Origin: an uncultured Gemmatimonadaceae bacterium
Lineage (GTDB): Bacteria; Gemmatimonadota; Gemmatimonadetes; Gemmatimonadales; Gemmatimonadaceae
Direction of reading: 5' to 3'
Assembly (NCBI GenBank): GCA_963781585.1
Contig: CAWAGQ010000016.1
Location: 21,708 to 85,707 of the forward strand
DNA length: 64,000 bases
The notes beneath the pieces are model-generated. The model saw nothing but the letters and a program-made list of their open reading frames with translations, made no database searches and was not told the origin of the DNA. This document shows, piece after piece, positions 19,624 to 28,600 of this stretch. Position 1 is the stretch's first letter. Each line of letters opens with the position of its first letter. The position numbers and the translations under genes were made by a program.

Positions 19624-19734
19624 GGTGGTGTCTTGCTCCGTGCTGAAGGCGGAAGGGCGCAGAAATCTAAGGACGGCCGCGCGCGCCTGTCATGCGGGGT
19701 GGCGCCGCTTCACGCCGCCGTTTCACTATTCCGC

Positions 19735-20244
19735 ATGGCGAACGGGAACGACGACGCGTGGCGCTCCCATCTTGTCGTGTCCGACGACGAGATCGGCGCG
19801 CTCCTGACCCGCACGCACCGCATCGCTGTCCTGGGCATCAAGCCCGAGACCCGCGCCGAGCGTCCCGCGTTCTTCGTTCCCGAATACGTCCAGCGCGCCG
19901 GTTTCGAAATCGTCCCCGTGCCGGTCTACTATCCCGAGGCGATGCAGATTCTTGGCCGATCGGTCTATCGCCGCCTCGTGGACGTGCCCGGGCCGATCGA
20001 TCTCGTGAACGTGTTTCGCCGACCGCAGGACATCCCGGCGCACCTGGATGACATTCTTGGCGCCGCCCCGCGCGCAGTGTGGCTCCAGTCCGGCATTCGC
20101 AATGACGCCGTGGCGGTGCACCTCGCCCGCGCCGGCATCGACGTGGTTCAGGACCGATGCCTCATGGTCGAGCTCTCGCGGCGAGGCATCGTTGCCCGCT
20201 CGCGGCTGTCCGCCGATTGCCGAGAGCTCCCCGCTGATCGCTGA
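19735..20244 (+). CDS. CoA-binding protein (YccU-like)
   Basis: RIAVLG, IDLVNVFRR, VWLQSGI, VVQDRCLMVE. Confidence 0.88.
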   Translation: MANGNDDAWRSHLVVSDDEIGALLTRTHRIAVLGIKPETRAERPAFFVPEYVQRAGFEIVPVPVYYPEAMQILGRSVYRRLVDVPGPIDLVNVFRRPQDIPAHLDDILGAAPRAVWLQSGIRNDAVAVHLARAGIDVVQDRCLMVELSRRGIVARSRLSADCRELPADR

Positions 20245-20293
20245 AAGCTGCCCGCCGATCCCTGATAGCAGCCCGCTGATAGCTGACAGCCGT
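20210..20293. repeat. 4 x 21-bp imperfect tandem repeat built from heptamers (CCGCYGATHGCYGANAGC...)
   Basis: Units start at 20210, 20231, 20252 and 20273; spans the CoA-binding protein stop and the convergent gap. Confidence 0.8.
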
Positions 20294-21424
20294 TCACTTC
20301 CACACCCGATAGATCTGCCCGGCCGCATCGTCCGAAACCAGAACCGAGCCATCCTTGTAGACCATCACGTCCACCGGCCGTCCCCACCGCACGCCGTTCT
20401 CGTCCTGCCACCCGACGATGAAGTCCTCGTATCCCACCGGTCTTCCGTTCTGCACGCGAATGCGCACGACCTTGGCGCCCGTCGGCACGTTGCGATTCCA
20501 GGACCCGTGAAACGCCACCAGGGCGTCTCCACGATACTCCGCCGGCAATCGTGTGGCCCGATCCAGGAACGTGATACCTAACGGCGCTGAATGTGCCTGC
20601 ATCTTCAGCGCCGGCGCCACCGTGCGCGCACATTTGGCGGAGTCGTTGTATTCGGGATTGGGAACCCGGTCACCGTAGCAGTAGGGCCAACCGTAGCTGG
20701 CGCCGTCCCGGAGAATGTTGATCTCCTCGGGCGGCAGATTCTGGTGGTCGGGCGGCAGGTCGTCCCGCTCGTTCTGCGCCGCCCAGATCGCCCCGGTGGT
20801 GGGGTTTACCGCCAACCCGACCGCGTTGCGCAGGCCGCTGGCGAATATCCGGCCGCCCGAGCCGTTCGCGTCGTATCGCATCACCGTCGCCCGGTCCGGC
20901 GCGCGCTCGTCGCACACGTTGCACGTGGATCCGATCGACACGTACATCGCGCTGTCGTGGCCGAAGATGACGGTACGCGACCAGTGATTCCCTCCCGCCG
21001 AGTAGGTGTTCAGCCGCTCCGGCATTCCCCTGGCCACACCACTCGCGTCGAGCTGCACGCGGAATACGCCGTCGCCAGCAGCGATGTAGAGCCACCCCCC
21101 GTGAAACGCCAACCCGTGCGGGCGGTTCATGCCGCTCACCGCCACCGTCTGTGACTCGGCGGTCCCGTCTCCATCCGCGTCCAGCAGCCTGATCACCTGC
21201 CCCTCGCGCGGCTGGCTTGCGTAAACGGCGCCGTCGGGGCCGAGAGCCATCAATCGCACGCCCGGGACCTTCGCGAACAATTCAACCTGGAATCCCTCGG
21301 GCACTTTCAGCCTGCCATCGAACGCCGCCTGGGGAAGGTTCACCGGCGTCGGGCCGTAGTCCGACTGGGCCGCAGCGGCAGCCGACGTTGACAGCAGGCC
21401 AAGCAGGACGGCAAAGAAGCGCAT
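20294..21424 (-). CDS. Glucose/sorbosone dehydrogenase family (PQQ-dependent sugar dehydrogenase-like), secreted
   Basis: Signal peptide MRFFAVLL..; PHGLAF, SIGSTCNVC, GLRNAVG, YGWPYC, AHSAPLG, HGSWNR, GRPVDV. Confidence 0.85.
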   Translation of the reverse strand: MRFFAVLLGLLSTSAAAAAQSDYGPTPVNLPQAAFDGRLKVPEGFQVELFAKVPGVRLMALGPDGAVYASQPREGQVIRLLDADGDGTAESQTVAVSGMNRPHGLAFHGGWLYIAAGDGVFRVQLDASGVARGMPERLNTYSAGGNHWSRTVIFGHDSAMYVSIGSTCNVCDERAPDRATVMRYDANGSGGRIFASGLRNAVGLAVNPTTGAIWAAQNERDDLPPDHQNLPPEEINILRDGASYGWPYCYGDRVPNPEYNDSAKCARTVAPALKMQAHSAPLGITFLDRATRLPAEYRGDALVAFHGSWNRNVPTGAKVVRIRVQNGRPVGYEDFIVGWQDENGVRWGRPVDVMVYKDGSVLVSDDAAGQIYRVWK

Positions 21425-21610
21425 GATCGAGCTCCAGGTGCAGTTCGTCGGATGGGGGGTCTGGAAGTCGCGCCCGTGTGCGGCGCCAGGCGAAGTCGGA
21501 TCGTAATGGGTGGCCGTTCGCCCGCCAATGTCAGGGCACCGGTACAAACTGTACCAGTGCCAATGTCAGGGTCCGCGCCGGGTCACGCGCCCGGGGCCGC
21601 CGGCGCTGGT

Positions 21611-23083
21611 CTACGCGCGCACGCGATTCCGCCCCTCGGCCTTGGCACGGTACAGTGCCTGGTCGGACGCCGCGAACAGATCGTCCACCGATTCCACACC
21701 GAATCCGGGGAACGACGCGACGCCGATGCTGGTGGTGAGGCGCAGCGGCTCGGCTCGCGCCTCGAGAAAGGCGTGCGACTCGATCAACTCGCGCAGGCGT
21801 TCGGCGAACGAGGATGCGCCCGCCGGACCGGTCTCTGGCAACAGCACGACAAACTCCTCTCCGCCATAGCGCGCCACCACGTCCACGGCGCGGATCCCGC
21901 GCTGCAGCACGGCCGCCACTTCGCTGAGCACGGCGTCCCCGGCCAGATGCCCGTACGTGTCGTTGATCGACTTGAAGTGGTCGAGGTCGATGAGCAGCAC
22001 AGACAGCATGGAATCGTATCGACGAACACGCTCCATCTCCGCCGCCAACCGATCCGTCAGAGCGCGGCGGTTGAGCACCTTGGTGAGTGGATCGGTCTGC
22101 GCGAGCAACTCGAGGCGACGATTGTCCGCCATCGTCAATTCCATCAGCTTCGCGCGCTCGACCGCGGTGACCGCTGCGTGGATCACCGTTTGCGCGAACT
22201 CAACATCGGCTTGCGTGAGCGGGGGTTCATCGATGCTCCGGCGCAGGAAGAAGATCCCCGCCTGCTGCGCCTCCAGAGCGAACGGGATCGCAATCACGGA
22301 CCGCGTCGTGACCCGGGTTCCGGTGCTCTCCCACGTCCGGCGCGCTTCCTCGTAGAGCGGGTGCGTCTTCACATCTTCCACCAGCACCGGCCGACCCGAC
22401 TCGAGCGCGGCGCGCAGTTCCGGGTATCGGCTCAGCTGGAGCACGAAGTCGTTACCGATCCCCGTCTCGTACGCCGTGGCAACCACCCGCGGTGTCTCGC
22501 CCTCCCGCGCCAGAATCACGCTGCAGTGCGTGAGCTCCAGCGCTCGCGCCACGCGCCGGGCCAGCAGATGGTAGATCTCGTCGGATGACAGATCATCCGT
22601 CACATCGTGGAGAATGTCGACCAGCTCCCGTCCATGGTCAGCCTCCTCCCGGACCCGATGGAGCGCCTCCTGCGTCTCGCGCAGAGACTCGTTCGCGGAG
22701 CGCAGGATTGCCCGCATGCGCAGCTGAGCCTGAATGCGGGCCAGGAGTTCGCGCACCCGGAACGGTTTCCGCACATAGTCGGCGGCCCCCAACCCGAGCG
22801 TGCGCACCGCTCCCTCCTCGGGCGGGAGGGACGAGATCATCAACACCGGAATGTCCCGCCACCGTTCTTCCGCCTTGATGCCTTCGAGGATCTCGTTCCC
22901 ATCGGTGTCGGGGAACATCACGTCCAGCAGGACGATGTCCGGCGTCCGCTCGGCCATCAACGGAATGACCTGACGTCCCTCGTGGGTCGCCGTGACGTCG
23001 TATCCGTGCTCCCGGAGCACCCACGTCATGGTCTGGACGAGGGCGGCATCGTCGTCGGCGATGAGGATATGCGCGCTACGCAT
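21611..23083 (-). CDS. Diguanylate cyclase, REC-GAF-GGDEF
   Basis: ILIADDD, PDIVLLD, KPF receiver; central GAF-like region; DLDHFK, RAVD I-site, ARYGGEEF. Confidence 0.92.
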   Translation of the reverse strand: MRSAHILIADDDAALVQTMTWVLREHGYDVTATHEGRQVIPLMAERTPDIVLLDVMFPDTDGNEILEGIKAEERWRDIPVLMISSLPPEEGAVRTLGLGAADYVRKPFRVRELLARIQAQLRMRAILRSANESLRETQEALHRVREEADHGRELVDILHDVTDDLSSDEIYHLLARRVARALELTHCSVILAREGETPRVVATAYETGIGNDFVLQLSRYPELRAALESGRPVLVEDVKTHPLYEEARRTWESTGTRVTTRSVIAIPFALEAQQAGIFFLRRSIDEPPLTQADVEFAQTVIHAAVTAVERAKLMELTMADNRRLELLAQTDPLTKVLNRRALTDRLAAEMERVRRYDSMLSVLLIDLDHFKSINDTYGHLAGDAVLSEVAAVLQRGIRAVDVVARYGGEEFVVLLPETGPAGASSFAERLRELIESHAFLEARAEPLRLTTSIGVASFPGFGVESVDDLFAASDQALYRAKAEGRNRVRA

Positions 23084-24083
23084 GCAGCAACTCGACGAGT
23101 CCTGTCCACTCGACGTTTCCGCCACTGAGAATCGCCACCGTCTCGCCGGTCGGATGAATCGCGCCGGCCAGCAGGGCCGCCACCGTGATCGCGCCGCTCG
23201 GTTCGGCCACCAGCTTCGACCGATCCAGCAGGAAACGCATCGCGTCGATGATGGCGTCGTCGCTCACCGTGACCACATCGTCGAGAAACGCGCCGTGATG
23301 CGCGAATGGGATGGTCCCGATTCTGATGGACAACAGCCCGTCGGCAATGCTCGATGTCCGGTCGAGGGTCACCGGCCCCGCCGCCTTGCGAGCGGCGCTG
23401 AGTTTCGCTGCGCCGACCGGTTCCACTCCGATCACGCGCGCCGTTGGACGAAGGCGCTTGACCGCTGTCGCCACGCCCGCACTGAGGCCGCCACCGCCTA
23501 CCTGAACGACCACCGTGTCGACGTTCGGGGCATCCTCGACGATCTCCAGGCCCACGGTTCCCTGCCCGGCGATGATGGTTGGGTCATCGAACGGCGGCAC
23601 GAGGGTCAATCCTTCCTCCGACACCAACTCCAGTGCCCGATCCATCCGGTCCCGGGTGGTGGTCCCGGCCAGGACCACACGCGCGCCGAGTCGCTCGGCG
23701 CCGGCGCGCTTGGCCGCCGTCACCGTCGTGGGCATCACGGCCGTCGCCGGCACACCAAAGATCCTGGCGGCGAGCGCCACGGCCTGCGCGTGATTCCCCG
23801 AACTCGGCGCGATGACCCCGCGGGCCCGCGCCTCGGCTGACAACCGCGAGAGAAACGTGAACGCACCGCGAAACTTGAACGCGCCGCCGCGCTGCAGCAT
23901 CTCCGGCTTGAGCAGGACCGTCGTCCCGACTTGGTCGGACAACGGATCCGAGCGCAGCAGCGGGGTGCGCACCGCCACTCCCTTCAGCCCTGCTGCGGCA
24001 GCCCGAATCGCCTCCAGCGACACCAGTGGCGTCGCGGAAACTGCTGTACCGGGCTGCACGACTGGCGGCGATTCGAGGGTCAT
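23076..24083 (-). CDS. PLP-dependent threonine/serine dehydratase family protein without ACT domain
   Basis: RTPL, QRGGAFKFRGA, SSGNHAQAVA, GQGT, VGGGGL, EPSGA, LSGGN. Confidence 0.9.
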   Translation of the reverse strand: MTLESPPVVQPGTAVSATPLVSLEAIRAAAAGLKGVAVRTPLLRSDPLSDQVGTTVLLKPEMLQRGGAFKFRGAFTFLSRLSAEARARGVIAPSSGNHAQAVALAARIFGVPATAVMPTTVTAAKRAGAERLGARVVLAGTTTRDRMDRALELVSEEGLTLVPPFDDPTIIAGQGTVGLEIVEDAPNVDTVVVQVGGGGLSAGVATAVKRLRPTARVIGVEPVGAAKLSAARKAAGPVTLDRTSSIADGLLSIRIGTIPFAHHGAFLDDVVTVSDDAIIDAMRFLLDRSKLVAEPSGAITVAALLAGAIHPTGETVAILSGGNVEWTGLVELLHA

Positions 24084-24513
24084 GTGGTAGCGAACGCAGG
24101 TGAGCAGGACACCGTGATGTACGGCTGAATCGGCAGCCACCGGAGGGAAACGACGCGCGCCGTACCACCAGAAACCAGAGGACAAGGCGCTCCGCCTGGG
24201 CGCCCCTCCGGCTGAAATCTAGCCCGGGCGGAACTCCGCAGACTACCCATGAGAGCGCCTGGGGAACCGCGCGACAGCGCCAGCTGGTTCGCTCCGCCAC
24301 ACACGTCACGGGTCTGCCGTGACAGATCTCTCCAGGACGGATAACGCGTTGCTGGTATGGGCCTTATCTCACACCGGGCGCCACCCGGCTTCGTTCCGCC
24401 GGGACGCCAGAGAAAGCGCGCAGATCGCCCACGGTCGAACGCAGGACCACCGGTCTCCAGACGACCCGGCGTGCCCCCTCAACCCGATTGCGAGCTGTCG
24501 TCTCGCCTCGACC

Positions 24514-27039
24514 CTACGATTCCTCCTCCAGCGCCAGCTCCGGCGCATCGGGTGAATCCGTGCCCTCATCGTCTGCTCCCACGCCCTTGTCGTCTTCGGG
24601 CACCACACGGGCCACGGCCATCACCATGTCGGACGGATCGAGGTTCACCAGGCGTACACCCTGCGTGTTGCGACCCGCCACGCGCACCTGCGACACCGGC
24701 GACCTGATGATCATCCCCATTCTCGTGATGATCATGATTTCGTCTTCCGGGAGGACTTCCATCAGGCCGACCACATCGCCGGTCTTGTCCGTGCGATTCA
24801 CGGTGAGGATGCCCTTCCCGCCGCGCCGCTGCACGCGGTACTCGTCGATGTGCGTGCACTTGCCCAGTCCCTTTTCCGTCACGCAGAGCAGTGTCGCTTC
24901 GCGGACGATCACCACCATCCCGACCACGTGATCCCCCTTTCCCAGCTCGATCCCCTTCACGCCGGTGGTATCCCGTCCCATTTCGCGTGCGTCGCTTTCG
25001 TGGAAGCGGATGCTCAATCCATGCCGGGTCGCCAGCACGATGTCGTTCGTTCCATGCGTCACCGCCACTTCGATCAGTTCGTCGCCCTCCTCGATCTTGA
25101 TCGCCTTGATACCGGTCGACCGCGGATTCGAGTATTCCGAGAGTCGCGTCTTCTTCACGGTGCCGTTGCGGGTGCAGAACAGGAGGAACTCGTCCTCCTT
25201 GAACTGCCGCACGAAGACCATGGCGTGGATCTTCGTGTCGGCCGAGACGTTGAGGAGGTTGACGATCGGCTTCCCCTTGGTGGCGCGGCCGGCCTGCGGA
25301 ATTTCGTAGACCTTGAGCCAGTAACACCGCCCGTCGTCCGTGAACACGAGGATGTAGTCGTGGGTGGATCCGATGTAGAGTCGCTCGATGAAGTCCTCTT
25401 CGCGCAACTCGGCACCGGTGAGGCCCTTGCCGCCTCGGCGCTGGCGGCGATACGTGGTGATCGAGGTCCGCTTGATGTACCCGGAATGCGAGACGGTCAC
25501 GACCATGTCTTCTTCCGCGATCAGGTCTTCGACCGTGAACTCGTCCTGGTCGCTGGTGATCTCGGTCCGTCGCTCATCGCCGTACTTGGCGGCTATGGCG
25601 CCAAGTTCCTCCTTCACCAGCGCCATGCGTTTCGGCTTCGATTCGAGCAGCGCGCGCAGCTTCTTGATGGAGGTCCGCAGTTCCTTCAGCTCCTCTTCGA
25701 GCTTGTCGATTTCGAGCGCGGTCAGGCGCGCCAGACGCATGTTGAGAATCGCCTCGGCCTGCTTTTCACTGAGCTTGAATCGCTTCTGCAGCTGCAGACT
25801 GGCCTTGGGCGCGTCCTCCGCCTTGCGGATGACCTTGATCACCTCGTCGATGTTGTCGACGGCGATCTTGAGTCCCTCGAGGATGTGCTCGCGTTCCAGC
25901 GCCTTGTCGAGATCGAACTGCGTGCGCCGGACGATCACCTCGTGGCGGTGGGCGATGTAGTGCTCGAGGCATTCCTTGATCCCCATGACCTTCGGCACGA
26001 GCTGCCGCGTGTTCGGGTCGGGCACCAGCGCCAGCATGATCACCCCGAACGTCGTCTGCATCGCGGTGTGCTTGTACAGCTGATTCAGCACCACCCGCGG
26101 AATCGCATCGCGTTTGAGTTCCACCACGATGCGCGTCGAGTCGCTCGATTCGTGTCGGAGGTCGCTGATGCCCTCGAGCTTCTTGTCCTTCACCAGCTCG
26201 GCGATGTGCTTCACCAGTTCATCGCGATTCACCTGGTACGGGACCTCGGTGATCACGATCTGCGATCGACCCGACGACTCCTTCTCCTCGATGACTGCGC
26301 GCGCGCGCATGACGATTCGGCCGCGACCGGTCTCCTGATAGTCCTTGATGCCCTGCCGGCCGAAGATGAACGCGCCGGTCGGAAAATCAGGGCCCTTCAC
26401 GAACTTGCGCAGGTCGGCCGCCGTCAGCTCCGGGGCGTCGATGAGCGCGATCGTGGCGGCGATGATCTCCTGAAGGTTGTGCGGGGGAATGTTGGTGGCC
26501 ATTCCCACTGCGATGCCTGACGACCCGTTCACCAGCAGATTGGGCAGCGCCGCCGGGAGCACCCGCGGCTCCGAAAGCCGGTCGTCGAAGTTCGGCGCGA
26601 AGTCGACCGTGTTGCGGTCGATGTCGGCCAGCATTTCGATCGCGACCGGCGTCAGGCGCGCCTCAGTGTATCGGTAGGCGGCCGCCGCATCGCCGTCCTG
26701 CGTGCCGAAGTTGCCCTGCCCATCCACCAGCGGGTACCGCAGCGAGAACTCCTGTACCATCCGCACCAGCGCGTCGTAGACCGCGCTGTCCCCGTGCGGG
26801 TGATACTTGCCCAGCACGTCACCCACCACCGTCGCCGACTTCTTGTGGGGACGTCCCGGTACCAGACCGAGCTCGTTCATCGCGTACAGGATTCGCCGGT
26901 GTACCGGCTTCAATCCGTCGCGCACGTCGGGAAGCGCACGCGAGACGATCACGCTCATCGAGTAGTTGATGAACGACTCTTTGATCTCCTCGTCGATGAG
27001 CCGCGGGAGGATCCGCTCGCGCTGATTGGGAGCTGTCAT
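24514..27039 (-). CDS. gyrA: DNA gyrase subunit A
   Basis: [32 protein letters not shown] catalytic Tyr, GyrA-box QRRGGKG, acidic tail. Confidence 0.97.
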   Translation of the reverse strand: MTAPNQRERILPRLIDEEIKESFINYSMSVIVSRALPDVRDGLKPVHRRILYAMNELGLVPGRPHKKSATVVGDVLGKYHPHGDSAVYDALVRMVQEFSLRYPLVDGQGNFGTQDGDAAAAYRYTEARLTPVAIEMLADIDRNTVDFAPNFDDRLSEPRVLPAALPNLLVNGSSGIAVGMATNIPPHNLQEIIAATIALIDAPELTAADLRKFVKGPDFPTGAFIFGRQGIKDYQETGRGRIVMRARAVIEEKESSGRSQIVITEVPYQVNRDELVKHIAELVKDKKLEGISDLRHESSDSTRIVVELKRDAIPRVVLNQLYKHTAMQTTFGVIMLALVPDPNTRQLVPKVMGIKECLEHYIAHRHEVIVRRTQFDLDKALEREHILEGLKIAVDNIDEVIKVIRKAEDAPKASLQLQKRFKLSEKQAEAILNMRLARLTALEIDKLEEELKELRTSIKKLRALLESKPKRMALVKEELGAIAAKYGDERRTEITSDQDEFTVEDLIAEEDMVVTVSHSGYIKRTSITTYRRQRRGGKGLTGAELREEDFIERLYIGSTHDYILVFTDDGRCYWLKVYEIPQAGRATKGKPIVNLLNVSADTKIHAMVFVRQFKEDEFLLFCTRNGTVKKTRLSEYSNPRSTGIKAIKIEEGDELIEVAVTHGTNDIVLATRHGLSIRFHESDAREMGRDTTGVKGIELGKGDHVVGMVVIVREATLLCVTEKGLGKCTHIDEYRVQRRGGKGILTVNRTDKTGDVVGLMEVLPEDEIMIITRMGMIIRSPVSQVRVAGRNTQGVRLVNLDPSDMVMAVARVVPEDDKGVGADDEGTDSPDAPELALEEES

Positions 27040-27415
27040 GAGGCTGCTCGTGGGGAGTGATTTGTCGCCCCGGCGCGACCGCGAAAAATACCCGAAGCAC
27101 ACACGAAAATCAATGTGTTACTGGCCTCCTAAGTCATTTACTTCCAGACTTTTATCGACTCATGGACGCCGCCGGCCCCGATCGCGGCCCGGCGCCAAAG
27201 CCGTGGCCTGACTTCGGCGTCTGTTCGGGTGCCTACCGGACCACCCTCTTCCACCCTCGCGCCACCCATTCCGCCCTCGCTCGTTAGGCCCGGATGGCGT
27301 GCAATTCCCCTCCACCCCGCGCCAGACCGCCGGCCTCGGCGCTCGCGTCGCAGCACCTGGGTCTTTCGTCAGTGCGCGGATGCGATACTTTCGGACAGCC
27401 CTTCCAGGAGATCGA

Positions 27416-28600
27416 ATGCCAGTCAGCCGGCGGTCGTTCCTCAGAGCGCTGGGCGCGGGAAGCGCGGGCGCCTTCGTCCCCTTCGTCACCGCGCGCGGGA
27501 GCGAGGCGCGCGCCGGCCTGGGCCTGTTCGACGCGTTCCACGACCCGGGGATTCTCTCCGCCAGCGAGGCCGCGAACGTCATCCGGCTCAGCAGCAACGA
27601 GAATCCGAATGGCCCCTCACCGGTCGCGATCGAGGCGCTGAAGGCCGCGCTCACCGAGGCAAACCGATACCCCGACGATCCGCAGGACATGCTTCGAGAA
27701 GCGATCGCCAACGTGCACGGGGTATCTCCCGCGCACGTCATCCTCGGTTGCGGCTCCGGGGAATTGCTCAAGATCATCACCCAGGCGTACACGTCCCGGG
27801 AACGGGCACTCGTCACCGCCGCACCCACGTTCGAGAACCCGACCAAGGATGCGAAGCTCATCGGCGCGCCTGTTCGCGAGGTGAAGGTCGACGACCGGCT
27901 CCGGCTTGACCTCGAGGGAATGGTGAGCGAATGCGCCGGCGCCGGGCTCGTCTTCTTCTGCAATCCCAACAACCCCACCGGAACGGTCTACGGCGACGCC
28001 GATGCGCGCGCCTTCATCACCCGCGTGCACGCCAGGTCCCCCGCAACCACGATTCTCGTGGATGAAGCGTACTTCGAGTACGTCGACGATCCCGCGTATC
28101 GCACCATGATCCCGGTCGCGCTGCAGGATCCGCGCGTCATCGTCTCGCGCACGTTCTCCAAGGTCTATGGAATGGCGGGACTCCGCGTCGGGTACGCCGT
28201 GGCGCACGTCGACACCATTGCCAGACTCGAACCGATGCGGCTCGGCAGCGGCGTGAATGTGCTCGCGGCCGCGGCGGCGCTGGCATCGCTTCCGCTCACC
28301 GATCACGTCGCCCGTGAGCAGTCGCTCAACCGGGACGCGCGCGACTATACCGTGCGGTCCATCAACGAAATGGGCTATTCCTGCGCGCCGACCAACACGA
28401 ACTTCGTGATTTTCGACATCAAGCGCGATTCGAAGGCGTTTCAGGCGCAGTGCCTCGAACGGGGCGTGGCCATCGGGCGGCAGTTTCCGCCTCTGCTGAC
28501 GCACGCCCGTATCTCGATCGGCACCATGGACGAGATGCAGCGCGCGCTTCCGGTCCTGCGCGACGTGTTGCGCGCCTCGCGCGCGGACAGACGCGGATGA
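27416..28600 (+). CDS. Tat-signal HisC-like (class I/II) aminotransferase
   Basis: AGGAG RBS; SRRSFL twin-arginine motif; LSSNENP, CNPNNPTG, DEAY, SRTFSKVYGMAGLRVGY. Confidence 0.85.
   Translation: MPVSRRSFLRALGAGSAGAFVPFVTARGSEARAGLGLFDAFHDPGILSASEAANVIRLSSNENPNGPSPVAIEALKAALTEANRYPDDPQDMLREAIANVHGVSPAHVILGCGSGELLKIITQAYTSRERALVTAAPTFENPTKDAKLIGAPVREVKVDDRLRLDLEGMVSECAGAGLVFFCNPNNPTGTVYGDADARAFITRVHARSPATTILVDEAYFEYVDDPAYRTMIPVALQDPRVIVSRTFSKVYGMAGLRVGYAVAHVDTIARLEPMRLGSGVNVLAAAAALASLPLTDHVAREQSLNRDARDYTVRSINEMGYSCAPTNTNFVIFDIKRDSKAFQAQCLERGVAIGRQFPPLLTHARISIGTMDEMQRALPVLRDVLRASRADRRG

Noticed and set aside
24084..24513. Glycine riboswitch upstream of the dehydratase (GGAGAGA on the minus strand)
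   Set aside because: The downstream CCGAAG and CUCAGG core elements were not found
24850..26520. Long antisense ORFs (e.g. 556 aa opposite gyrA, 475 aa opposite lpdA)
   Set aside because: Typical stop-poor shadow frames of high-GC coding DNA with no recognisable motifs
24514..27039. parC
   Set aside because: Canonical GyrA-box QRRGGKG and acidic tail indicate gyrA
27416..28600. Housekeeping hisC
   Set aside because: Twin-arginine signal and no neighbouring his genes; symbol withheld
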